A stretch of DNA of 64,000 nucleotides. It comes from a virus (Duplodnaviria; Caudoviricetes). Positions 1-7,637 of the stretch are shown in pieces (the first letter of the stretch is position 1; each line of letters begins with the position of its first letter). The notes beneath the pieces are model-generated. The model was given only the letters and a program-made list of their open reading frames with translations. It had not been told where the DNA came from and made no database searches. The DNA is taken from positions 7,644 through 71,643 of the IMG/VR virus record IMGVR_UViG_3300020045_005903; one strand, given 5' to 3'. Position numbers and translations under genes: made by a program.

Positions 1-158
1 TCATTTAATGATTTGATATGCTCATATATATTCTATACCTTTATTCCATCTTAAAGTCTTTCATGTTGGACTTCATAGGTTATCTTTGGTTGGATAGCAC
101 AACTCCTTGGTTCACGCCAGGGATTTGTTGCTTATAATAATATCTATATCTTTGTCCC

Positions 159-884
159 ATGAAAAAAATTATCTATACAATCGTCGGGGTTATTCTCGTA
201 ATCCTTGGGTATTGGTTTATTAAAAAAGGTGAGACTACTCCCTTGCCACCCAAAAATCAAACAACAGAACTATCCATTGTCAATAGCACTAAAGACAGTG
301 TATTAGTATTCCTTACCCTGTCAGGCTATTCAGATAGTCTAGCGCCTTATTACATTCAAGACGTTAACGGAGTGTTTGGGATTACGGACAGTGGCCTTGT
401 TGGTAGTTTTTATGTTAAGGGATTTGATACACTATCTTACACGCCCGACTTAAGACTTTCCGGTAATCTTTGCTTTGGCACCCAACCGCTAAATTGTCCC
501 GATAGCTTGTGGAAGACAGGAACTAGCTTTTTTGAGTTTAACCTTAATTGCCCACAGGAGTCTCTTGATATAAGTTGTGTGGGAGGGGTGAGTAGCTTAA
601 TGGAAGTGAAATTGATCGGCGGTCCTAATTGGGTGGCGGCGCAATATCCTGATGTTAGAAATATTCACAATGACTCTATGTATAAGAATAGTAATCTAGT
701 TGGAGTGTTTCCTTATGGATGCACTAACTGTACTAATACTGACGGGAAACAACCTTGTCAAACACCTTCAGAAACGCCTGACTCTACACACATCTGTAAC
801 CCTACAAGGGCTAAGGATGAGAACGGCGGCAAGGTAGTATTGATATTTAAAGGCTACACTAATACTGTTATATGTAATAAATAG
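159..884 (+). CDS. Membrane-anchored/secreted Cys-rich protein, thaumatin-like (tentative)
   Basis: N-terminal hydrophobic segment; motifs LSIVNS, TSFFEFNLN and SLDISCVGG resemble thaumatin FTIVNN, TLAEFTL and YDVSLVDG; many Cys. Confidence 0.45.
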   Translation: MKKIIYTIVGVILVILGYWFIKKGETTPLPPKNQTTELSIVNSTKDSVLVFLTLSGYSDSLAPYYIQDVNGVFGITDSGLVGSFYVKGFDTLSYTPDLRLSGNLCFGTQPLNCPDSLWKTGTSFFEFNLNCPQESLDISCVGGVSSLMEVKLIGGPNWVAAQYPDVRNIHNDSMYKNSNLVGVFPYGCTNCTNTDGKQPCQTPSETPDSTHICNPTRAKDENGGKVVLIFKGYTNTVICNK

Positions 885-900
885 TTATATTTGTAAAGGA
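881..900 (+). repeat. 20-bp direct repeat copy 1 (ATAGTTATATTTGTAAAGGA), contains a Bacteroidota -7 promoter box
   Basis: Identical to 1288-1307; contains TATATTTG (TAnnTTTG). Confidence 0.85.
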
Positions 901-937
901 TTGAGCAATTAAGCCATCCGATAAAAAACATATAACA

Positions 938-1288
938 ATGAAAAGCAGATTAACTTTCGACCTAGACAGTCAAAACAAAGCAGTAATTCTCGCCAGAGTA
1001 GAATTGACAGAAGATGTTAGGGATAAAATAGCCAAACAGTTTCAAGAAAATTTCAGAACTAATGGTTCATTAGCCACGATAAGTTATTTTCCATCAGCAA
1101 CAGATAATTTAGAATTTCAAATAACACCTTATTCAGCAGACTTTAAAGACTGCCTAGAGTTAGCTAGTAATTTAAGCTACGAGCAAATGAATCAAATGAC
1201 AGAGGCCTTAAGATGGGAAAGGTTCAATAGAGATAAAGGAAATTTTACTTTAGGCTCAAAAATTAATCCACCAAAAAGTTATAAATAA
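938..1288 (+). CDS. Hypothetical protein
   Basis: 116-aa ORF with A-rich leader, flanked by 20-bp direct repeats. Confidence 0.75.
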   Translation: MKSRLTFDLDSQNKAVILARVELTEDVRDKIAKQFQENFRTNGSLATISYFPSATDNLEFQITPYSADFKDCLELASNLSYEQMNQMTEALRWERFNRDKGNFTLGSKINPPKSYK

Positions 1289-1307
1289 TAGTTATATTTG
1301 TAAAGGA
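1288..1307 (+). repeat. 20-bp direct repeat copy 2
   Basis: Identical to 881-900. Confidence 0.85.
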
Positions 1308-1322
1308 AGCCACATCACAACA

Positions 1323-1353
1323 AGCCCCTTACCCTAAAAAGTGAGGGGTTTTT
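1323..1353 (+). terminator. Rho-independent terminator
   Basis: AGCCCCTTAC/GTGAGGGGTT stem followed by T run. Confidence 0.65.
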
Positions 1354-1369
1354 GCTTGTTAATAATTTA

Positions 1370-1423
1370 TTTTCATTATTTTGCAACCTTTCTGTTTTAG
1401 TGGAGGTATAAGTAGTATATTTG
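1370..1423 (+). promoter_or_regulatory. Putative phage promoter (TTTCATTATTTTGCAACCTTT ... TATATTTG) upstream of cassette array 1
   Basis: TTGCAACCTTT at 1381-1391 recurs in several intergenic regions; TATATTTG at 1416-1423. Confidence 0.6.
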
Positions 1424-1469
1424 TAGCCCAACCAAAATGAAAAAACTAATCCTTTGCCTATTTAATTTC

Positions 1470-1599
1470 CCATAACGTACCGCAGGTTTATTTAGTGCGG
1501 GATTTAACAGATAAATTAACTTAAAAGCAGAAAATATGAAATTACTAAAATGGCTATTTGGGAGCAGGAAACCCGCATTGAATAAACCTGTTGTTAGCG
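1470..1599. other. attC-like site S1
   Basis: CCATAAC ... arms 1483-1501/1572-1590 (19 bp, 2 G-T) ... GTTAGCG; ATG of next gene lies in the loop. Confidence 0.8.
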
Positions 1600-1799
1600 G
1601 TAGTCTTTCTTTCAAGGAGCAAATGAAACAAGATATTATACCGAGAGTTTGGCAAATGGCTGAAAAAGAAAAAGAGCATTTGAATTGGTTGATAGATAAT
1701 AACGCACCTAAAGATATGGTTGAAACAAGTCAGCGTTATCTCAGCCATTATAGACAAAGACATAAAGAATATATTGAGTATTCGGATGGTCTGTCATAA
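1536..1799 (+). CDS. Cassette-borne hypothetical protein
   Basis: 87 aa; N-terminus (KPALNKPVVSGS) is encoded by the right arm of S1. Confidence 0.75.
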   Translation: MKLLKWLFGSRKPALNKPVVSGSLSFKEQMKQDIIPRVWQMAEKEKEHLNWLIDNNAPKDMVETSQRYLSHYRQRHKEYIEYSDGLS

Positions 1800-1805
1800 G
1801 ATTAC

Positions 1806-1899
1806 CGCTAACGTAAAAGCATTTATGTCAGGCGGGCATAGATGCAACTTTAAATAATAATGCAAGTGTCCGCCCGCTTGCATAAATGCAGTGTTAGCT
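1806..1899. other. attC-like site S2
   Basis: CGCTAAC-GTAAAA-GCATTTATG(T)CAGGCGGG ... CCCGCTTG-CATAAATGC-AGT-GTTAGCT. Confidence 0.85.
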
Positions 1900-1909
1900 G
1901 CCGTAATTT

Positions 1910-2233
1910 ATGATAAAAGTTTATATAGCAAGTCCATACACATTAGGTGATGTGGCAGTAAATGTCAAACTACAACTTGACACAGTAGATGAATTGATGA
2001 ACAAAGGGTTTGCACCTTTTGCACCATTATATTCTCACTTTCAGCACATAGCACACCCAAGACCTTATCAAGATTGGGTTAAGATAGATTTGGAGTGGGT
2101 AAAGGTTTGTGATTGCTTATTAAGGCTTGATGGCGAAAGCAAAGGTGCTGATGGTGAGGTCAGCTATGCAAAAGAATTAGGTCTGCCAGTATTTTATTCG
2201 ATAGACGATATGTGTCTGTATTATGGCAACTAA
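1910..2233 (+). CDS. Cassette-borne DUF1937/DUF4406-like (nucleoside deoxyribosyltransferase-like fold) protein
   Basis: KVYIASPY ... CDCLLRLDGESKGADGEVSYAKELGLPVF pattern; stop TAA lies inside the TAAC of S3. Confidence 0.7.
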   Translation: MIKVYIASPYTLGDVAVNVKLQLDTVDELMNKGFAPFAPLYSHFQHIAHPRPYQDWVKIDLEWVKVCDCLLRLDGESKGADGEVSYAKELGLPVFYSIDDMCLYYGN

Positions 2234-2320
2234 CGGTATCGGGCTTGGCGAAGGTGGGCTTGTAGGATGCTCAATTTTAGCAGGATGTTTCTGCCCACTT
2301 TTGCCAAACCCGTGTTATAA
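2228..2320. other. attC-like site S3
   Basis: AACTAAC-GGTAT-CGGGCTTGGCGAAGGTGGGC ... GCCCACTTTTGCCAAACCCG-T-GTTATAA. Confidence 0.85.
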
Positions 2321-2389
2321 GCTGGCTGCGGTTATTTACCGAAAAACTCAAATCGAAGCACTAAACAAAAGAATTAAAAAAAAGAAGGG

Positions 2390-3169
2390 ATGGAAATAAA
2401 TAAAATATATAACGAGAATTGCCTTGATACGATGGCTAAAATGCCTGATAAGTTTGTGGACTTGGTAGTTACTTCACCGCCTTACAATATGCGAACAAGA
2501 ATAAGGAACGGACAATACACCACAAGAGAGAAAAGCGAACATTTTAGCAAGAAGTATAAGCATTTTGACGATGCCTTACCGATAAATGATTTTTACGAAT
2601 TTCATAGCAGCGTATTGACCGAACTATTAAGAGTATCGAAAATTGTTTGCTATAACTTTCAGATAGTAACTGGAAGCAAAGAAGCGTTTTTTAAAATCAT
2701 TGGCGACTTTAATAAGGACATTAAGGATATTATCATTTGGGATAAAGGAAGCGGACAGCCTGCAATGCACGGAATGGTTTTAAATAGCTGCTATGAAATG
2801 GTATTGATATTAGAAGATGACAAAAGAGCAGGAAGGGCAATACAGAACGCTAAATTCAAAAGAGGCGAAATGAATAACATTTTGAGAATTGGCAGAGGCA
2901 AAAAAGTATCTGATGTTCACGGTGCAATTTTCCCTGAACAACTACCATTTGATTTGATAAACGCTTTTTCAGAAAAAGAAACATTGATTTACGACCCTTT
3001 TATGGGAAGCGGAACGACTGGATTAGTAGCAAGTAAATTAGGCAGAAAATATATTGGAAGTGAAATAACAGAAGAATATTGTAAAATAGCTGAAAATCGT
3101 ATTAAAGAGTGCGGTGGGCTTTTTTTTAATTCTTTTGAAACGGAATTGTCAAACGAAGCAGGAACGTAG
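2390..3169 (+). CDS. Cassette-borne DNA methyltransferase (N4-C/N6-A, beta class)
   Basis: Motif IV TSPPYN before motif I DPFMGSGTT; CLDTM/DLVVTS N-terminus; IGSEI. Confidence 0.9.
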   Translation: MEINKIYNENCLDTMAKMPDKFVDLVVTSPPYNMRTRIRNGQYTTREKSEHFSKKYKHFDDALPINDFYEFHSSVLTELLRVSKIVCYNFQIVTGSKEAFFKIIGDFNKDIKDIIIWDKGSGQPAMHGMVLNSCYEMVLILEDDKRAGRAIQNAKFKRGEMNNILRIGRGKKVSDVHGAIFPEQLPFDLINAFSEKETLIYDPFMGSGTTGLVASKLGRKYIGSEITEEYCKIAENRIKECGGLFFNSFETELSNEAGT

Positions 3170-3177
3170 CAGCTTGC

Positions 3178-3195
3178 TTATAACTATTATATGTA
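3178..3195. other. attI-like terminal site of array 1
   Basis: TTATAAC followed by TATTATATGTA with no hairpin; 3181-3195 is identical to 12600-12614. Confidence 0.7.
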
Positions 3196-3277
3196 CGCAG
3201 GTCAAGCCAACTAACTAAATATCAATAAAATAAACTGTTAAAAACGTTAAAAATTACAAAGCTACAAAAACAATATT

Positions 3278-3679
3278 GTGAAGCTCGACATCTATTCCCA
3301 AAGGCTAATAACCCAACTAGACTGGTTATATAAAGTATCAGAAGTGTTTATCGTGAATGGTAAATACGAAATGGATATTTGTGACGCAGATGTAAACAAG
3401 CCTTATTTATATGACGATATTTATGACCAATTAATTAAAGAAAATTTTAAGATAGAGTTTGCGCCGGAAGATAAAAATAAAATGTGGCAAATGGCTCAGA
3501 AATGCTTTATTCGTAATGAAAAACGTAACCCTAAAGCCACAGATGAAGTATTGCTGCACAGATATTATAAGAGCTACCTAGCTAAGAAATATGTGCTATC
3601 AAGATTACCTGAGAGAATGAGAATACACGACGAGGAAACGGGGGAAGAAATACGAAGAATAGAATTAATAATTAAATGA
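3278..3679 (+). CDS. Hypothetical protein
   Basis: 133-aa ORF, overlaps next start. Confidence 0.65.
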   Translation: MKLDIYSQRLITQLDWLYKVSEVFIVNGKYEMDICDADVNKPYLYDDIYDQLIKENFKIEFAPEDKNKMWQMAQKCFIRNEKRNPKATDEVLLHRYYKSYLAKKYVLSRLPERMRIHDEETGEEIRRIELIIK

Positions 3680-3873
3680 AAAAACTACACGTAAAAATAG
3701 GGCTGTCTAAAAAAGCAGAAAGGGAATTTGAAAGACTAGAGAAGCTAAAAGACATTCAATCAAAATGTCTCCACGCGGCAGAAAATGGTCAAATATCTTT
3801 ATCCGACACAATAAGGATTATGATGGCAGATAAAAAATCAGAGATTAAGAAAATCCTTAAAAAATATAAATAA
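3676..3873 (+). CDS. Hypothetical protein
   Basis: 65-aa ORF in tightly packed operon. Confidence 0.65.
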   Translation: MKKLHVKIGLSKKAEREFERLEKLKDIQSKCLHAAENGQISLSDTIRIMMADKKSEIKKILKKYK

Positions 3874-3875
3874 CT

Positions 3876-4355
3876 ATGGAAAAATACTACACCCCATTAA
3901 TAGAAGAGTTTCATTACGGGTTTCAGTTTGAATACAAACACCCTCTACAAGTTGCAGGAGAAGAAGCGGAGTGGGCTCTGTATGATTGGAGAAGTTTAAT
4001 GGCTACTATTACACTACACCCTAAAGGCATATCTATTGGAGGATTTTCAATAAAAGATGAATGTTTAAGGGTAAAATATTTGGATGTGGGAGACTGTGAA
4101 GAGTTGGGATGGAAACACATAGGCTCACAATGGTATGACTTAATAGAAGTGCCTGGTAAATTAGGGTATTGGCTTTATGTGAGGTTTAGAAAATGTGGTG
4201 ACGAATCTTTTATCAAAGCATACCGTTACGACCCAAAGGAAAAGAACAAAGATACGGAAGGGGAAAATTACCAAGAAGAAGATTTTTTGTTCAGTGGTAA
4301 CATAAAGAACAAAAGCGAGTTTAAAAAATTAATGATTCAATTAGGGATTAAGTGA
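3876..4355 (+). CDS. Hypothetical phage protein
   Basis: 159 aa; KYYTPLIEEFHYGFQFEY N-terminus resembles a pattern recalled from Bacteroidota phages. Confidence 0.7.
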   Translation: MEKYYTPLIEEFHYGFQFEYKHPLQVAGEEAEWALYDWRSLMATITLHPKGISIGGFSIKDECLRVKYLDVGDCEELGWKHIGSQWYDLIEVPGKLGYWLYVRFRKCGDESFIKAYRYDPKEKNKDTEGENYQEEDFLFSGNIKNKSEFKKLMIQLGIK

Positions 4356-5989
4356 AAAGAGAAATAAGATATTATCAACAAGACGCTTATAATGCCGTTA
4401 TGTCCGCCAAAGCAAAGGGTCATAAACGAGTATTGATTACTATGCCTGGGGGTACAGGCAAAACATTCACTTGCGCTAACATAATCAAAGACTTTGGTCG
4501 CAAATGTTGGATTACACACGAAGAGTCCCTTGCCGAACAAAGCGCTATTGCCATCCTTACAGAAATGGAAATTTTACCCGAAGCAGATATTATTGAAGCG
4601 GTAAATGCTCACGGAGGATTAGTAAATTTACTTTCTAAAAAACCATTTTACTTAGGCGAAAACGCTAGAATAGTTTGGGAAAACGTCGGGATGGTTAAGG
4701 CAGACATATTTGATATTGACAAGCCATTAGTAATATGCTCAGCGCAAACTTTGTGGCGGAGACTCGATAAAATACCTAAAGATTGGTTTAGTGTTATTGT
4801 TTGCGACGAGGGGGATTTATTCGGATCGGTTAGCTTTAAGGCTCCTTTAGATTACCTAACTCCTGAATTAATTATCGGAGCTACCGCAACTGCATTTCGC
4901 GGAGACGGGATGTTAATGGAGGATATTTTTGAAGCATTAGTTTATGACTACCCTATTGAACAAGCCATAAAAGACAAATACCTTACCGAAATTAACGCCA
5001 TTGTTGTTCGCACATCCGCAAACCTAGACGAAGTTCATTCTTTTGGAGGAGACTTTAATCAAAAAGAATTGGTTGAAAAGGTGAATACTTTAGAGCGAAA
5101 TAATTTAATCGTTAATAAGTATATTGAGTATTGCAGCGGACAACAGTTTATTTGTTTTGGCGCAGACGTACAGCACGTAATAGACCTCCACGAAGCCTTT
5201 AAAGAGAAAGGAATAGTTACAACCTATGTGGTTAGCGATAAAGATAAAATGGAAATTGGAACTGACCGCAAAACTATTGTGCGAGATTTTAGGGAGGGTA
5301 AAATAATGGGACTTGTAAATTATAATATTTTTAGTGCCGGATTTGATGTTCGAGATTGCGGATGTGTAATTTTAGGCTGCCCGACAAAATCTAAAAGAAA
5401 GTTTTTACAACAGCTATATAGAGTTACAAGATTAAAAACCGAAAAGTTTGTAAATAAGTTCGGGCAAATAGGAACGGTTCTCGATATTGTTGATGGCACT
5501 TCTAAGCATAAATTAATTAACACTCACGAACTAGACAAAGGTAAGCCAATAGAAGATAGGGTGTTTGTTTCTAATGCAAACAAGCAATTATTAATTGAAG
5601 CTAGGGTTGCTAAAGACAAGGTTTTTGTTACTAATTACAGAAAAGAAGACAAGGTAGTTGATTTATTTAAATTGCCGCTAATTAAGATTAGCGACTCAAT
5701 GAGAATGGGAGAAATGGCTACCGAAGCTCAGCTAAACGCAATAGCTAAATGGGATTATGATATTGTAAATACCGTTTATACAAAGCGAATGATTAGTGAG
5801 ATATTCGGCAAACAAGAAGCTACTGCAAAACACATTTCGTTTTTGAAATGGAAGGGATATGATACGAGTGGATTTGTAAGTGTGGCAGAAGCGGCGGCAG
5901 CAAGTAAAGAGATTAAGCTAAGAGAAGAGAAGTTAGAGAGAGATAAGAACCAAAACAACATAAAAAATAATTTACCATTTAAATTTTAA
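4352..5989 (+). CDS. Superfamily 2 (DEAD/DEAH-like, ResIII/UvsW-type) helicase
   Basis: Q-motif RYYQQDA, Walker A MPGGTGKT, DEGD, GATATAFR, FSAGFD, QQLYRVTR. Confidence 0.88.
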   Translation: MKREIRYYQQDAYNAVMSAKAKGHKRVLITMPGGTGKTFTCANIIKDFGRKCWITHEESLAEQSAIAILTEMEILPEADIIEAVNAHGGLVNLLSKKPFYLGENARIVWENVGMVKADIFDIDKPLVICSAQTLWRRLDKIPKDWFSVIVCDEGDLFGSVSFKAPLDYLTPELIIGATATAFRGDGMLMEDIFEALVYDYPIEQAIKDKYLTEINAIVVRTSANLDEVHSFGGDFNQKELVEKVNTLERNNLIVNKYIEYCSGQQFICFGADVQHVIDLHEAFKEKGIVTTYVVSDKDKMEIGTDRKTIVRDFREGKIMGLVNYNIFSAGFDVRDCGCVILGCPTKSKRKFLQQLYRVTRLKTEKFVNKFGQIGTVLDIVDGTSKHKLINTHELDKGKPIEDRVFVSNANKQLLIEARVAKDKVFVTNYRKEDKVVDLFKLPLIKISDSMRMGEMATEAQLNAIAKWDYDIVNTVYTKRMISEIFGKQEATAKHISFLKWKGYDTSGFVSVAEAAAASKEIKLREEKLERDKNQNNIKNNLPFKF

Positions 5990-5993
5990 GATT

Positions 5994-6152
5994 ATGAGAA
6001 AAATTTTAACACACTCATTGTGGGCAGCAATATACGTTCTATTTATAATAGATTATTTTACAACCGCTGACAGAAACAATACCTGTTTATTTTTTATGGT
6101 AATAATTCTGCTTAACATTTGGATTGAACTTATTAATAATAAAAAACCATGA
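5994..6152 (+). CDS. Small two-TM membrane protein (not in ORF track)
   Basis: 52 aa MRKILTHSLWAAIYVLFII...; fills the gap and its stop overlaps the next ATG. Confidence 0.6.
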   Translation: MRKILTHSLWAAIYVLFIIDYFTTADRNNTCLFFMVIILLNIWIELINNKKP

Positions 6153-6436
6153 AAATAGAAAAAGAAATCAAGTACACCCTATCCATTAATGAACCCGATG
6201 GACACGGAATAGACTACAATAAAAACTTGGAGTCTGACATCGCCGGATTATTAATATCCCTTACTGTCCTACAGACTAATTTAGAGTCTTTAAAAGCCAC
6301 TAAAAAGCTAGTGAAGGGTACGGATAAGAAATTTGTATCTCAGCAAATAAGCTATATTTCAGCTTCTTTAAAGGGGGTTAAAATACTTGTTGTGCAACTA
6401 TGTGATAATTATGAAACTTTAATTGAGAGGAAATGA
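6149..6436 (+). CDS. Hypothetical protein
   Basis: 95-aa ORF in operon. Confidence 0.7.
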   Translation: MKIEKEIKYTLSINEPDGHGIDYNKNLESDIAGLLISLTVLQTNLESLKATKKLVKGTDKKFVSQQISYISASLKGVKILVVQLCDNYETLIERK

Positions 6437-6648
6437 CACCAAAAGAAAAAGCTAAAGAATTGGTTGGATTGTTTGAATTTTCAAACGAAAGCCCTATTCA
6501 TAGAAACGATATTGACTGTGCATTAGTTTGCGTTGATATAATAGACAAAATATTCGTTAAAACTACCCCGCAAGACAATCCTTATGAGTATCTTTTTCAG
6601 CTTGAATATTGGCAAGAAGTTAAAAAAGAAATTACAAATCTGCAATAA
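6433..6648 (+). CDS. Conserved phage hypothetical protein (MTPKEKAKEL...YWQEVK type)
   Basis: Characteristic N- and C-terminal motifs. Confidence 0.7.
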   Translation: MTPKEKAKELVGLFEFSNESPIHRNDIDCALVCVDIIDKIFVKTTPQDNPYEYLFQLEYWQEVKKEITNLQ

Positions 6649-6683
6649 AACAAAATAATATTAAAATCTTACAAACTTGAAAT
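6631..6683. promoter_or_regulatory. Tandem TTACAAA-type operator pair
   Basis: ATTACAAATCTGCAAT and TTACAAACTTGAAAT, 37 bp apart; same arrangement at 17891-17940. Confidence 0.55.
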
Positions 6684-7088
6684 ATGGACAAAAAAGAAAT
6701 GGCTGAAAAATGTCACATTAACATCAGTAAATTTAAACACGCTAATTTATTGACTTGCGAGTGGTGTACTTATAAGCATAAATTAACTACAATATATTAT
6801 ACAGACAACGTAAACCCCGCCGCTTATTGCAGAGAATTGTGGTGGAGTTTTGTATTAAGGTGGCTAAGGCTAAAAAAATATATTACATTTGGAAAGCCAA
6901 CAAATATAGCTGTTATCGAACCTTGTCCGCCACCAATTAAGCAAACAGGGTTTGGAATTATTAAGGACGAACCAATTTCTAATTTTAGAATAAGGTTTGC
7001 AGGAGAAAAAATAAAAGCAATCGTTACCTCAGAAGTAAAAAAAGATTGCGATGGAAACATTTATTATGATATAAAGCCAACTGAATGA
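6684..7088 (+). CDS. Hypothetical protein
   Basis: 134-aa ORF. Confidence 0.65.
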   Translation: MDKKEMAEKCHINISKFKHANLLTCEWCTYKHKLTTIYYTDNVNPAAYCRELWWSFVLRWLRLKKYITFGKPTNIAVIEPCPPPIKQTGFGIIKDEPISNFRIRFAGEKIKAIVTSEVKKDCDGNIYYDIKPTE

Positions 7089-7453
7089 AAAGAATAAATC
7101 TTAACGAAGAGTTTATCCTAGAGGGTAGTGGAGTGTATGAGTTTATCCAAAAGGAGAAAGGAATATCCCTAAAGTTTATTAGGGAGACATACAAGAACCA
7201 CACTCCTAAACCAAAAAAGGAAATAGCAATACCCTTAGAGGCGGACGTTAAGAAATACGCTTCAGATAATGGTTACAATCCTAATTTTATGTGGGAGAAA
7301 ATGAAAGGATATATCGACGCAGGAATGACAGACTCTAGGGGAACCCAAATTAAAAACTGGAAGCTGAAACTTAATCAAGTGTGGTTTGTACCCGAACATA
7401 AAATAGTAAAAGACGAACAAAAGATAAAATTCTTTCAGAATGGAGATAGGTAA
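7085..7453 (+). CDS. Putative replication initiator/helicase-loader-like protein
   Basis: C-terminal W..G..IKNWK motif typical of phage replication proteins; two genes upstream of DnaB. Confidence 0.45.
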   Translation: MKRINLNEEFILEGSGVYEFIQKEKGISLKFIRETYKNHTPKPKKEIAIPLEADVKKYASDNGYNPNFMWEKMKGYIDAGMTDSRGTQIKNWKLKLNQVWFVPEHKIVKDEQKIKFFQNGDR

Positions 7454-7637
7454 TTGGACAAAGCTAGGCTATAAAGCGGAACCAACAGAAAAAGATTTAC
7501 CATTTATTACTTGGGGAGTATTTACAGGCTTTGAAATTTGGGATGATACAGATTGGTTTTTTGAATTAACAACAAAGGAACAATACGAAAGAATGTTTTG
7601 GGGGAAATTAAATTATCCTATTAAGCTTAAAAAATGA
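7440..7637 (+). CDS. Hypothetical protein
   Basis: 65-aa ORF overlapping both neighbours. Confidence 0.6.
   Translation: MEIGNWTKLGYKAEPTEKDLPFITWGVFTGFEIWDDTDWFFELTTKEQYERMFWGKLNYPIKLKK

Larger units (their letters stand above)
1470..3195. mobile_element. Integron-like gene-cassette array 1 (3 cassettes, 3 attC-like sites, attI-like end)
   Basis: Three AAC..GTT hairpins; complementary cassette ends; terminal TAACTATTATATGTA shared with array 2. Confidence 0.85.

Noticed and set aside
865-878. ACTGTTATATGTA as a third attI-like site
   Set aside because: It lacks the TAAC core, lies inside a coding sequence, and has no adjacent cassette.
1437-1475. 12-codon ORF MKKLILCLFNFP ending at the TAAC of S1
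   Set aside because: Could be a gene truncated by cassette insertion or a leader peptide, but it is too short to support.
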